Both the position numbers and the translations under genes were made by a program. From a virus (taxonomy: Duplodnaviria; Caudoviricetes), in the IMG/VR virus record IMGVR_UViG_3300035520_001860, positions 69,587-133,586 of that record: a DNA stretch of 64,000 nucleotides; one strand, given 5' to 3'. Of the stretch, positions 30,607-40,537 are shown one piece after another. The notes under the pieces are model-generated. The model made no database searches. It saw nothing but the letters and a program-made list of their open reading frames with translations, and was not told where the DNA came from. Every line of letters begins with the position of its first letter. Positions within the stretch are counted from its first letter, which is position 1.

Positions 30607-30755
30607 CTACTTAAACTTTCTTGTTTATGCAAGTAAAAGGATATCCGATAGTATGGATTCAGTGGAGAGTACTTAGTACTTGTAGAAGCTGGACCATTGA
30701 GGATAACCTGTCTGGTTATAGTATGATAACCCATCATACGAAGTTACAGGCATTT

Positions 30756-30828
30756 AGCCCTTTCGCCAAGCGGTAAGGCACAGGATTTTGATTCCTGTAT
30801 TTCACTGGTTCGAATCCAGTAAGGGCTG
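30756..30828 (+). tRNA. tRNA-Gln(TTG)
   Basis: Cloverleaf; cagga-ttTTGat-tcctg; GGTTCGAATCC T arm. Confidence 0.93.
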
Positions 30829-31439
30829 CTCAGGTTACAAGATTTGAGATTCCTTTGTAGAGCAATCTACATAAATATCTGAGAATATAACCAAGCGTGC
30901 TGACGATAAATGGGGATGCACACGTATAGTTTCTCGTACGTAACCGAGAGGTCACCTAAAAAGTATTCAGTAAGCTCATGGTAAGAGAAGAAAAGATACA
31001 TAATAATGGTGTAGCAGTATACCAGATAGCTGTCTAGATAAGTGTACATATATTCTAGTTTTTAATTTTAAGCGGATGAATAACATTGGTACATCATAGT
31101 CGTGGTTGGTCACCACATCTTAGGATTTGTTAGTAAACTCTGGGCAATATAACTGATGTGCTTGACTCTCCTAATAGTTGCAGTTTGGTTGGTTGAATGG
31201 CAGCAGGGAGTATAAAGTATACGGAAAAATCAACTAAGGTTAACTGCTTATAATCAAATAGGCAGAGACCTCCAGAGCACCGTCTCTGGTGTTTATAGCT
31301 CAATTTCTTATGAGATAAGAGAATAAACAGAGATACCAACGAGGTATTATACGTTGCTAAGTAGGATGAGTCATTTAGAAAAGGTGGCTTGGTGAACAGC
31401 AATAGGGCAGAGCGTCAATGTATCGAAAAGAAATTATAA
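30829..31439 (+). ncRNA. Candidate large structured ncRNA(s) between tRNA-Gln and tRNA-Pro
   Basis: No credible ORF, raised GC, many hairpins and long-range helices (see findings). Confidence 0.45.
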
Positions 31440-31513
31440 CGGCGTGTGGCTCAGTTTGGTGGAGTACTTGGTTTGGGACCAAGGGGTCGCAGGTTCGAAT
31501 CCTGTCACGCCGA
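31440..31513 (+). tRNA. tRNA-Pro(TGG)
   Basis: cggcgtg/cacgccg acceptor; cttgg-ttTGGga-ccaag. Confidence 0.93.
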
Positions 31514-31704
31514 CTTATTTGAATATATCATTCAAATAAAGGCTTGACAACCTTAAGATAAGGTCTGCTGTAGTTGAGAACATTTGCATGTTTCGATATC
31601 AACATATACAAAGGGATCAGAAGCTCAAAGCTAGAGTATCTTTATTAGAAAAAGAAGGGTGTGAGTGGTAGCGTCCCACCTGGTTCGCAGAGAAACATGA
31701 AATT

Positions 31705-31776
31705 TAGCGTGTAGCTCAATTGGTAGAGCAACTGCTTTTCCACAGATGGTTGCAGGTCCGAATCCTGCCACGTTAA
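31705..31776 (+). ncRNA. tRNA-like element / pseudo-tRNA with disrupted anticodon arm
   Basis: Intact acceptor, D arm gctcaattggtagagc and T arm gcagg-tccgaat-cctgc; no 5-bp/7-nt anticodon arm. Confidence 0.6.
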
Positions 31777-31824
31777 TTAAAGCACGTATACACGTGTTAA
31801 AATAATATACGGAGGAATATATAA

Positions 31825-31947
31825 ATGACAAAGGAAGCAACAATTGGATTACTTAAAGCAAGACTTACAAAGGCAATCGGTCGTGGTGGTGATACATCTG
31901 GAGTAGCACGTAAACTTAAGAGACAGATTAGAAACCTTGAGAAATAA
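31825..31947 (+). CDS. 40-aa basic small protein
   Basis: GGAGGA RBS; MTKEATIGLLKARLTKAIGRGGDTSGVARKLKRQIRNLEK. Confidence 0.7.
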   Translation: MTKEATIGLLKARLTKAIGRGGDTSGVARKLKRQIRNLEK

Positions 31948-32036
31948 TTAGACAAAACAATGTAGGACTAAGAACAACATAGTTGTGGTTTATATCTTAG
32001 CATTGTAACATAGGTGGGATGTTACAAAAATATTAT

Positions 32037-32450
32037 GGGCCTGCCTGGTATCGACTGGGTGATTGAAATTAAATAAGCATGTCGGGGATGGTGGACACCT
32101 CGTTAAAAAGACACCAAAGAATAAATGCTGACAACAGCAGACCTGTAGCTATCGCTGCTTAGTATTAGGCAACGTGCTACGACCAAGCTGAAATGCTTGG
32201 GTTAAGCTCTTAGGAAGTGCATGACACACGCTAACACCTGAGAGTTCAAAATAAAGTGTGTTATCTACCGATGGGCAGTGGCGAAGGCATATTCGGGGAT
32301 TAATAGAGAAGCTATAGTGACTTATATGGAGGCGCCGACCACCAAGTAAGAGCTATCATAACTTTGTTATGAAGAATAGTAAAACCGGATAAGCATGTAG
32401 AAAGTTTGATGGATTCATTTAGGACATGGGTTCGACTCCCATCAGGTCCA
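32037..32450 (+). ncRNA. ssrA: tmRNA; tag (A)ADNSRPVAIAA*
   Basis: gggcctg/caggtcc-a acceptor with G3.U70, tcgac 5' motif, ataaat-gct resume context (tag ORF 32127-32162), 3' gacatgggttcgactccc T arm; smpB present in the window. Confidence 0.93.
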
Positions 32451-32494
32451 CTTAGCAGTTATTCTGCAATTAAATTATTCAAAAACCACAGAAA

Positions 32495-32526
32495 TAGCCA
32501 CCACTGTATAGTTGGTGGCTGTTTTT
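32495..32526 (+). terminator. Intrinsic terminator after tmRNA
   Basis: tagccacca/tggtggctg stem followed by a T run. Confidence 0.75.
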
Positions 32527-32594
32527 GTAACATCAAAAACCTCCTTAGGGTAATTAGAATTAAATTATTTTAATTATTTTAAAGGCGGTGTAAA

Positions 32595-35500
32595 ATGGTA
32601 TTATTTGTCGCAATATGTTTGATAACACTCGGGGTACTGGCAGCATTAAATGCACTATATAATATATACTGCATTATAGGAATAGTACTATTCAAGAAAA
32701 AAATAAAGAATAACAATCAAAAAGAATGCCCAAAGACACAAAAATTTAATATATATCTTTGGATTATAAAGAAGTTTAAAAGTATAAAACATGCAGATAG
32801 TGCTAAGAGATTAAATAAATCAGCAAAGAAGTGGTCTACGATAGCAATGATATTAGCATTGTCTATCACATTTGATGCAACTTACGATGCATTTCAGTAT
32901 ATTACTCTTGGTGTAGTATGTGCAAGCATAAACACTCAGCTTACAACAGTAACATCAGTACTACAAACACTATTTTCTAAAGATGAAGATTGTGTATGTT
33001 ATGCATTGTGTACTGGTGATGCAGAAGATGATAAGAAATCAACATACGAATTATTATTTGGACCAACAGAGTATAAGAAGCTAATATCAGATATGGAATC
33101 TGGTATGACAGCTCAAGAAAAAGAAGATTTTGAAGATGTAAACGATGGTACAGACGGAAGAGCAAAGAACAACTTAATAAAAACTTATCTAAACGATGAT
33201 ATGGTTAATGACTACAAAGCTATTGTGGGGTCAAATTCAAAGTTTAGAAGTGGTGATGGCAAAGATAGGTCAGAAATGAGTTTTGACGAATTAGAAGCTG
33301 ACCTTAATGCATTATTAAGTGATTATAAAGTTAATGGTATAAATCCAAATTGTAATTGTAAGTCATACCAAAAATCACAACTAAAACGTAAATGTATGGG
33401 AGAAAGTCATTACGTTGAAGGTTGGTCTTGGTCAAATATTTGGACATCAAATGATAATAGTTCATCGACAACTACAACTACTACAACAACATCAAACACA
33501 CCAGGCAATGCAACTGGACAATATACAATAACTTTAGATGATGGAACATACTATTGGTATCATCAGACATCAAGTACATCATGTACACAGAATGTAAAAG
33601 GAGATGACTATGGATATACAGGTTCAATACTAGCTGGATATAGTGCAAATCCAGAAGGTGAAGACAAAAGCATGAGTAGTAGAGGATGCAGTATATATTC
33701 AACTGCAATTGCACTTAGTAATTTACTTGGACAAGAAATAACTCCATATGAAGTCATAACAAAAGTATTAGATGCAAATGTACAATTTAACACTGATAAT
33801 AATAAATACTATTTTATTGAATCAACTGGAGTTACGCTTAATGGTAGTGTAGTAATGGACATGAGTAAGCTAGCAAGTCAGATTAACTCAGCATATGGTG
33901 ACCAGGGAATAGTAGCAACAGTAGCATCATGGTCACAAGATACACTTGATACATATTTATATGACGATAACTCATATGCATATGTAATAAATTCATTTAA
34001 TAATGTAAATGGGGGTCAGACATCATTTACATGGTATGGACATACAAAAACAGGTAGTAAAGATAATGGAAAAGGACATTTCATTGTAATAAGATCTGGG
34101 AGTGGAAAAGGAAAGTATAAATGTTTTACATCAGTAAGAGGTAAATGGGATGAAGGAGGACATGGAACACACTCTGGCATAGTTGATGCCATGAACGATG
34201 AATTAAGTTGGTCTACGATAGAAGGTAGAAAACAGCATGATACATGTTTAGTAATATCCAGAGCAAAAAGCTATTATACAACCACCACAGTCACAACAAA
34301 CACAATAAATATAGGAAATTTAACTAACGAAGATGTTTATAATGCACTTGCTAACTCAGGTAAAGACTATAAAAATAAAGCAAAAACACTGAGTATTGTA
34401 TATGAAACAATGGTACAGGCATATACAGAAGAAATGGGCGCTGAAAAAGCGAAACAATTTGCAATAGGTTTAATGGCAAATATATATGCAGAGGGAACTC
34501 CTGGATTAGTAGAAGAAGCATTTGCACAATATAATTATTGGGATTTTGATAAGGATAAATCAGTATTTGGAAGGGTTCCATATATAAAAAATGCAGAACA
34601 GATACAATATCTATTAAACTGGGATTACACATCCAAAGAAAAAGAGGAACATGAAAATTCTAACCATGAAATTATATATTATCAAAAGGGTTCTGTAGGA
34701 GTTGGAATATGTCAGTGGTCATTTGCAGAGAGGATATATGTACTAAAATTGTATCAGCAGATGGTTACAAATTATACAGATGAAGAGTTCATGGCGGCAG
34801 ATTTACAAATGATATTACACCAATTTTCACCAGATTTTAAAAATGCAGAGGATTATGACAATGTATACTATTATAAAGATGTAGTACAGAAGTTTGAAAA
34901 TGAGGGGACATCAGCGGCAGATGCAGCAAGCATAATATGTTTATACTATGAGAAACCAAATAAAAAAGAAGAGAGAGCAGTAACACGTGCAGGATATGCA
35001 ACAGAGATAGCAGAAATATTATCTGGTATATCAGCAAGTACATCAACAAGTGGTGATTCATCAAGTGATTCATCAAGCAGTTCATCTGGTGAGTCATCAA
35101 GTAGTTCATCCAGTGGATCACATGTAAGTGTTGCAGGTGAGAATATATCAGAATATTACATAAACAATGCTACATCAAAACAGGAAAAATTAGTTAATTA
35201 TGCATTAAATTATGTAGGGTGTCACTATATAAGTGGAGGAACAACACTGGGAGTCACTGGCTGGAAAACTAATTCAAGTCATATATCAGCTGCTTCAATA
35301 TCAGCTGCTTCAAAAGATAGTGGAGATTATCATACAGCACACTGTGATCTTCAAGGAGCTGACTGTAGTGGATTTGTGTTATCAGTATATAAAGCACTTG
35401 GCAAGGACTTTGGGTCTAGACTAGATTCTAAAGGGTTCAGAACAGTTGGTACAGAAATAAATAAGAATAGTGAAAGTAATTTACAGTATGGGGACATAGT

Positions 35501-35636
35501 TTGTTATAAGGGTCATGTGGCAATTTACATTGGTAAAGGTAAGGTAGTAAGTGCTAGTGGATACGCAGATGGTATCAAAATAAGTAACTTAAAACTTGAG
35601 TCAGCTCTAATAGTACGACGAATATTTACTAACTAG
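32595..35636 (+). CDS. Membrane-anchored multidomain cell-wall hydrolase (peptidase C39-like + phage-tail-lysozyme-like + NlpC/P60)
   Basis: N-terminal TMs; YHQ...GCSIYSTAIAL...GHFIVI; GLMANIYAEG...GICQWS...YEKP...RAGYA; DCSGFV...GDIV..GHVAIYIG; T/S linkers. Confidence 0.8.
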   Translation: MVLFVAICLITLGVLAALNALYNIYCIIGIVLFKKKIKNNNQKECPKTQKFNIYLWIIKKFKSIKHADSAKRLNKSAKKWSTIAMILALSITFDATYDAFQYITLGVVCASINTQLTTVTSVLQTLFSKDEDCVCYALCTGDAEDDKKSTYELLFGPTEYKKLISDMESGMTAQEKEDFEDVNDGTDGRAKNNLIKTYLNDDMVNDYKAIVGSNSKFRSGDGKDRSEMSFDELEADLNALLSDYKVNGINPNCNCKSYQKSQLKRKCMGESHYVEGWSWSNIWTSNDNSSSTTTTTTTTSNTPGNATGQYTITLDDGTYYWYHQTSSTSCTQNVKGDDYGYTGSILAGYSANPEGEDKSMSSRGCSIYSTAIALSNLLGQEITPYEVITKVLDANVQFNTDNNKYYFIESTGVTLNGSVVMDMSKLASQINSAYGDQGIVATVASWSQDTLDTYLYDDNSYAYVINSFNNVNGGQTSFTWYGHTKTGSKDNGKGHFIVIRSGSGKGKYKCFTSVRGKWDEGGHGTHSGIVDAMNDELSWSTIEGRKQHDTCLVISRAKSYYTTTTVTTNTINIGNLTNEDVYNALANSGKDYKNKAKTLSIVYETMVQAYTEEMGAEKAKQFAIGLMANIYAEGTPGLVEEAFAQYNYWDFDKDKSVFGRVPYIKNAEQIQYLLNWDYTSKEKEEHENSNHEIIYYQKGSVGVGICQWSFAERIYVLKLYQQMVTNYTDEEFMAADLQMILHQFSPDFKNAEDYDNVYYYKDVVQKFENEGTSAADAASIICLYYEKPNKKEERAVTRAGYATEIAEILSGISASTSTSGDSSSDSSSSSSGESSSSSSSGSHVSVAGENISEYYINNATSKQEKLVNYALNYVGCHYISGGTTLGVTGWKTNSSHISAASISAASKDSGDYHTAHCDLQGADCSGFVLSVYKALGKDFGSRLDSKGFRTVGTEINKNSESNLQYGDIVCYKGHVAIYIGKGKVVSASGYADGIKISNLKLESALIVRRIFTN

Positions 35637-35663
35637 TAATCAGGAGGATAAAAAGAGAACATT

Positions 35664-36443
35664 ATGAGTAATAAAAAGAAGCTTATAATTTATTCAGTAA
35701 TAGCAATAGTTGCATTAACACTAGGAATACTGTTACTTAAATCACTAAAAAGTGATGAATCAGACACAGACAGCTTAGGTACAGATAATCAAAGTAACAC
35801 ATTCACTGCATTGGATGTAGACACAACAAAGTATGTTGAGAGTGTAGACGATGTTACAGAGGATGTTATTGAAGAAGCAGCAAGAGACAACGGTGAATTT
35901 AAAATAACAGTCACTGAAGATGAAAACGGCAACAAAGAAGTAACAGATGTAGACTATGGTTACTTATCATCAATGCCAGATGATGATTTTAGTAAAACAC
36001 TATTTGAAAGTGATATACAAAATAATAGCAATAGTTACATTTTTGAAGGTGAAACATATGATAAAGTATTCAATTATGATACAAGTTTAATACAACATGA
36101 AGATGTAATCAACATGATAAATAAACTGTGCCAAGATAATGAATTATATGAAACAGTTACAATATTCAAAACACCATATGATAGTACAGATGAAGATGAA
36201 GATGATCAATATTATAGTGAGGTGTACTATTATGTGGTAGAGATTAACTGGGATTTCTATATAATAGCATATTACCCTGGTGAAGGAACAATAGCATATA
36301 GAGATGAAACTGGAATGTTAGCAAATCAATATCTTGAGAGTGAAGAAGACATAGAGTGGAATGACGAAGACGATGAAGAATGGAATGATGGCGAAGAAGA
36401 AACAATAACAGAAGCAAGTGAGGGTGTAGAAGATGCAGAATAA
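35664..36443 (+). CDS. Acidic membrane-anchored hypothetical protein
   Basis: N-terminal TM, D/E-rich; GGAGG RBS. Confidence 0.7.
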   Translation: MSNKKKLIIYSVIAIVALTLGILLLKSLKSDESDTDSLGTDNQSNTFTALDVDTTKYVESVDDVTEDVIEEAARDNGEFKITVTEDENGNKEVTDVDYGYLSSMPDDDFSKTLFESDIQNNSNSYIFEGETYDKVFNYDTSLIQHEDVINMINKLCQDNELYETVTIFKTPYDSTDEDEDDQYYSEVYYYVVEINWDFYIIAYYPGEGTIAYRDETGMLANQYLESEEDIEWNDEDDEEWNDGEEETITEASEGVEDAE

Positions 36444-37299
36444 AAAATATGTTGTAACAACAGCAATATTATTACTTGCAAGTTTAACAGTTGGGTGTGG
36501 AACAAAAACAGAAAGTAACAACAAAACAGCTATTTCAGACGTCAAATATTTTGAGACAAATGATAGCACAATATCACATTACACAATAATAAAAGATGAT
36601 GACGAAGATGATAAATTGGTAACAAACTCATCAAATAATAGTTACAGTACAATTTCAGAATCTCCAAGTGATGAAATTGGAGAAGTAACCCTGATAGGTG
36701 AGGACACATCCACTGAATATACATTGTCAGAAGATGGAACAGTCACATATGGGGGCGTAACATACAAAAATCTGTACACTGTAATAAATTTAGCAGATAC
36801 AAAATATGATAAAAACACTCTCTTAAATTTTATCATCAAGAAAATAGATATGGGTTCAACAGAAGTATATTGTGAAATAAGACGTGAAAGTAGCAATGCT
36901 AGTGAAGAGGAAGACATATCTGGTGAACCTATAGACGATGAGATAGCAAGTAATAAAACATATGAAAGAGCAGTAGCAAAGTATGATTCTTATATAACAT
37001 GGGTAATAACATTAACAAACTTAGATAATAGAACTACAGCAAATATATATGGTTGCTATGAATATATTTTAATCAACTACCTTGGTTCAGATGTAGAAGT
37101 AGACATGTCACAATATGATTCAACAGGTTCACATGTTTATACAGACGAAGAATTACAAACACAGCAACCAGAACAAACAGAAGAAGTAATAGAGGATGAA
37201 CAGCAAGTAACTGATGAGGCAGTGGAACAAACAGACGAGCAGCAAGTAGAGGAAATAGAAAGTACAGACGATTTGGAGGATACAAACAATGAAAATTAA
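36433..37299 (+). CDS. Acidic lipoprotein
   Basis: Lipobox TVGC. Confidence 0.7.
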   Translation: MQNKKYVVTTAILLLASLTVGCGTKTESNNKTAISDVKYFETNDSTISHYTIIKDDDEDDKLVTNSSNNSYSTISESPSDEIGEVTLIGEDTSTEYTLSEDGTVTYGGVTYKNLYTVINLADTKYDKNTLLNFIIKKIDMGSTEVYCEIRRESSNASEEEDISGEPIDDEIASNKTYERAVAKYDSYITWVITLTNLDNRTTANIYGCYEYILINYLGSDVEVDMSQYDSTGSHVYTDEELQTQQPEQTEEVIEDEQQVTDEAVEQTDEQQVEEIESTDDLEDTNNEN

Positions 37300-37642
37300 A
37301 CAAATAATCCTAATCACATGTATAACACTTACAACATTAGCATCAGTAGCTTGTGGAAGTAATAAAGAAACAACTATATCAAACAGTTCAAACTTACAAT
37401 ATGACTATGAGAGCATTGAAGAACAGTGTCTTGAGTTCATGCACGGAACAAGTGCAGAAGAGCTTGCAAACTTTGAAAGTATGGAGATAAACGAAGGAGA
37501 TATACTAACATCTACAGACTCAGCACTCAAGTATGCATCTAATAGTGCTGTTTATATACAGGTAGGAAGATACATGTATAGATTTCAGCTAAACTCAGAT
37601 GGAAATATTGAATCATATATCAAGTATAGTGTGGAGGCATAG
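37289..37642 (+). CDS. Lipoprotein
   Basis: Lipobox SVAC; GGAGG RBS. Confidence 0.7.
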   Translation: MKIKQIILITCITLTTLASVACGSNKETTISNSSNLQYDYESIEEQCLEFMHGTSAEELANFESMEINEGDILTSTDSALKYASNSAVYIQVGRYMYRFQLNSDGNIESYIKYSVEA

Positions 37643-37649
37643 AGTTGTA

Positions 37650-38114
37650 ATGAGAGACAGTATGAAAAAGTCAAAGTTAATCATAATATCATTGGTAGTA
37701 GCAATACTATTAAGCTGTGTAGCAGGTAGGGTATTAACTGCTAATGCAACTGAAGAAGTTGAGGTACAGAATAATATTAAAAAGATGACAACATCAGAAA
37801 GATCAGACTTTGTTAAAGGATTGATTACTGATATTATAAATAATTCAACAACAAATATTGCAAATTATACAGATAGTTTCACTGAAGAACAGTTATCAAA
37901 GTTTATATTGTTTATAAATAATAACAGTATAGATGGAACATTAAATACAACTATTATTGATGAAATTACGTCTAATTGTAGTGCAACATCAGATACAGTG
38001 TTGATGTGTAACTTCAGATTAAATATAAGTAATGGATACAATAACGTATATATGATGGAACTACATGTAAATAATGAGGGAAAGATATATGGTTATAACA
38101 TCTGGGCATTTTAG
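37650..38114 (+). CDS. Secreted hypothetical protein
   Basis: MKKSKLIIISLVVAILL signal sequence. Confidence 0.65.
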   Translation: MRDSMKKSKLIIISLVVAILLSCVAGRVLTANATEEVEVQNNIKKMTTSERSDFVKGLITDIINNSTTNIANYTDSFTEEQLSKFILFINNNSIDGTLNTTIIDEITSNCSATSDTVLMCNFRLNISNGYNNVYMMELHVNNEGKIYGYNIWAF

Positions 38115-38973
38115 TTTAGCAAAGATAATATTTACAATAGCAACTGCAATTATATTAGTAGCAATAGATAAGGTAGTATTAACAGATATAGTAATATTTG
38201 AAACAGATATAGTATTACCAAATAGCAGTATAATTGAAGAAGTCAATGCAGAAATGTATGTAACAAACTATTGTAATATTTATGAAAGTCCAGATATTAC
38301 CAGTGAAAAGATATGTGCAATCAGTAAGGGAGAAAAACTAAAAGTAGTAAATAAATTATCAAACAACTGGTATGAAGTAGAAACATCAGATAGTAATGGA
38401 TATGTCAAAGCAGATTATTTAGTAAGTACATCAGAAGCTTTTATAGACGAATCAGGTAGAATAATTACATCAGTAAAACCAGATGGAACAATAGAGTATA
38501 GTGAAGATATCAGTAACAGTTTAGTTAATTATGCATATAATTATTGGTATCTAATACCAGAAAATATAAGAGATAATTTCATAAATAGTGGTTGGCAGAT
38601 AGAGTTAGTATCAAACTCATTAAAAGAAGAATACAACATAGAATATACAGTATGCGGTGTAACACTTCCTAGTGAGCACAAGATAAAAATTCAAGCAAAC
38701 CAAAGCTCTATAAGAGCAGCACTTGTTCATGAGGTTGGTCACTATGTAGATTATATAAACAGCTATCCATCAAGTGAAGATACATTCATAAGTTTATATA
38801 ATAAACATGGAGATAAGTTGTTGGGATACTATACAAATTATGCAGAGTCAAATTATAATGTGAAAGAATATTTTGCAGAGTTGTTTAAAGCATATATAAT
38901 TGATGACTATACAATAACATATCAGTTTAGCAATGAAATGAATATAATAAAGACATTGATTAATAACATTTGA
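38089..38973 (+). CDS. SH3b domain + ATLF-like zinc metalloprotease, secreted
   Basis: NWYEV...GYVKADYL (SH3b); HEVGHYVD...EYFAELF. Confidence 0.75.
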   Translation: MVITSGHFSLAKIIFTIATAIILVAIDKVVLTDIVIFETDIVLPNSSIIEEVNAEMYVTNYCNIYESPDITSEKICAISKGEKLKVVNKLSNNWYEVETSDSNGYVKADYLVSTSEAFIDESGRIITSVKPDGTIEYSEDISNSLVNYAYNYWYLIPENIRDNFINSGWQIELVSNSLKEEYNIEYTVCGVTLPSEHKIKIQANQSSIRAALVHEVGHYVDYINSYPSSEDTFISLYNKHGDKLLGYYTNYAESNYNVKEYFAELFKAYIIDDYTITYQFSNEMNIIKTLINNI

Positions 38974-39015
38974 ATATAATAAGTAAACATTAAATAAATT
39001 TTTTAAAATTTTCTA

Positions 39016-39043
39016 TTGATTTTTCAATTAAATATGATATAAT
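39016..39043 (+). promoter_or_regulatory. sigmaA-like promoter
   Basis: TTGATT-16-TATAAT with extended TG. Confidence 0.55.
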
Positions 39044-39107
39044 AGTATTTGTAAGGAAGTTAATAAAAAATTTTAGATAAAGTAAGCAGTCGAAGGGAGA
39101 TAAGAAA

Positions 39108-39572
39108 ATGACATTAGGACAGCTCATGGAGTTACATATGAATGGGGCTTTAAATGCTAAAGTTGAAGAGGGAAAAGACGTTGGGTCACTTGGTGGTGTA
39201 CCGCTTACATTTGAGCAGGCACAGCAGATTTGCAGTACAATCGGTTGGACAGAATATGTGTTAAGCCCATTTGATGTTATCAAGAAAACAAACAATCTCA
39301 TGGCTTCAATTAAGAAGAGTCCTTTGATGAGTGCTTGGTCAGCAGGATATATGAAGAACATTCAGGTGGAAATGCAGAATAAGCGTGGAAGGTCTTATGG
39401 AAAAACATTTGACAGATTTGTGTTTTACACACCTGAAGCCCAGTTCACTTTGATTCATGGTATGGAAAATGCTGGTGGTCAGTATGTTGTGTATGAAAGA
39501 CCAAGTGCAATTCCATTTGCAAAGTGCAGAACAATTGGAAAAGCACTTGAAGCTCTTGCAGATAGAAGATAA
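39108..39572 (+). CDS. Hypothetical protein
   Basis: Own promoter, GGGAG RBS and a downstream terminator hairpin (39583-39624). Confidence 0.7.
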   Translation: MTLGQLMELHMNGALNAKVEEGKDVGSLGGVPLTFEQAQQICSTIGWTEYVLSPFDVIKKTNNLMASIKKSPLMSAWSAGYMKNIQVEMQNKRGRSYGKTFDRFVFYTPEAQFTLIHGMENAGGQYVVYERPSAIPFAKCRTIGKALEALADRR

Positions 39573-39691
39573 ACAAGAAATGTAAAAGTTGGTGTTTATT
39601 TGTATAGCATCAACTTTTATTTTTGTAAACGTTCAATAAAACATTAAAATAATTTTAACATAATAAATTTTTTAAAAGGAGAAAACATGGT

Positions 39692-40216
39692 ATGAGAGCA
39701 CATAGCATCATTGTAGGAACGGCAGTAGCAGTAGGTGGTGTAATAGTGGCAACTAAGAAGTTTTTATCAAACCCTGAAGTTACTGGAGAAATAAAAGAGA
39801 ACGGTAAAAAAGTGGCAGATGATACTGTGGAACTTGGTAAATCTGTAGCTAAAGCAGCTAAAACTGTAGGACATGACATAGCAAGTGAAGCTAAGTCAAT
39901 TAAAGAAGAGGCAGCAGAGCAGATTAAAGAGAAAGAGCCAGAGATTGATGCTAAGGTAGCATCTAAAGTAGAGGCTCTGAAAGCATACGAAGAAGAGCTT
40001 AAGACACGTGAAGCTGAACTCAATGCAAAAGTTGCAGCTGGAGCAGAGAAACTTAAGGAAGAGACAGAGAAGTTAAAAGAGAGATTCACAGCAGAAGCAA
40101 CAGCTGAAACTGAGAAAGAGACAGAAGCGACAGCAGATGAAACAACAGAATCAGAAGCAACAGCAGAGGAAATTAAAGAAGAGACAAAAGAAACTGAGGA
40201 GAAACAGGATGAGTAA
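39692..40216 (+). CDS. Membrane-anchored E/K/A-rich coiled-coil protein
   Basis: N-terminal hydrophobic segment followed by charged helical repeats. Confidence 0.7.
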   Translation: MRAHSIIVGTAVAVGGVIVATKKFLSNPEVTGEIKENGKKVADDTVELGKSVAKAAKTVGHDIASEAKSIKEEAAEQIKEKEPEIDAKVASKVEALKAYEEELKTREAELNAKVAAGAEKLKEETEKLKERFTAEATAETEKETEATADETTESEATAEEIKEETKETEEKQDE

Positions 40217-40514
40217 AACAATAGGCGAGATTATCAAGATTGGAGTGTCACTTTGTGTTGGAATAGTCATCGGGTGCATTTTGAAAAGTCAGGAGTTAAA
40301 CAATAAGATTAATGCTGAAGATGATGAAGAATGCTTCGATGACGAATACTATGAAGATGAATGGTTCGAGGATGACCTAGATGATGAGTGTTTCGAAGAT
40401 GAAGCAGAGGAAGAGAACATTGAGGAAGAACCAGCTAGGACAGTAATTCATAAGAAAGAAGATGAATTTTTTGAAGATGAAGACATACCTGGACTAAAGA
40501 TTCTTCGTAATTAA
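40209..40514 (+). CDS. TM + highly acidic small protein
   Basis: ATG at 40209 after GAGG; D/E tract. Confidence 0.6.
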   Translation: MSKTIGEIIKIGVSLCVGIVIGCILKSQELNNKINAEDDEECFDDEYYEDEWFEDDLDDECFEDEAEEENIEEEPARTVIHKKEDEFFEDEDIPGLKILRN

Positions 40515-40537
40515 TACCAAAGTAACGAAATGTATAT

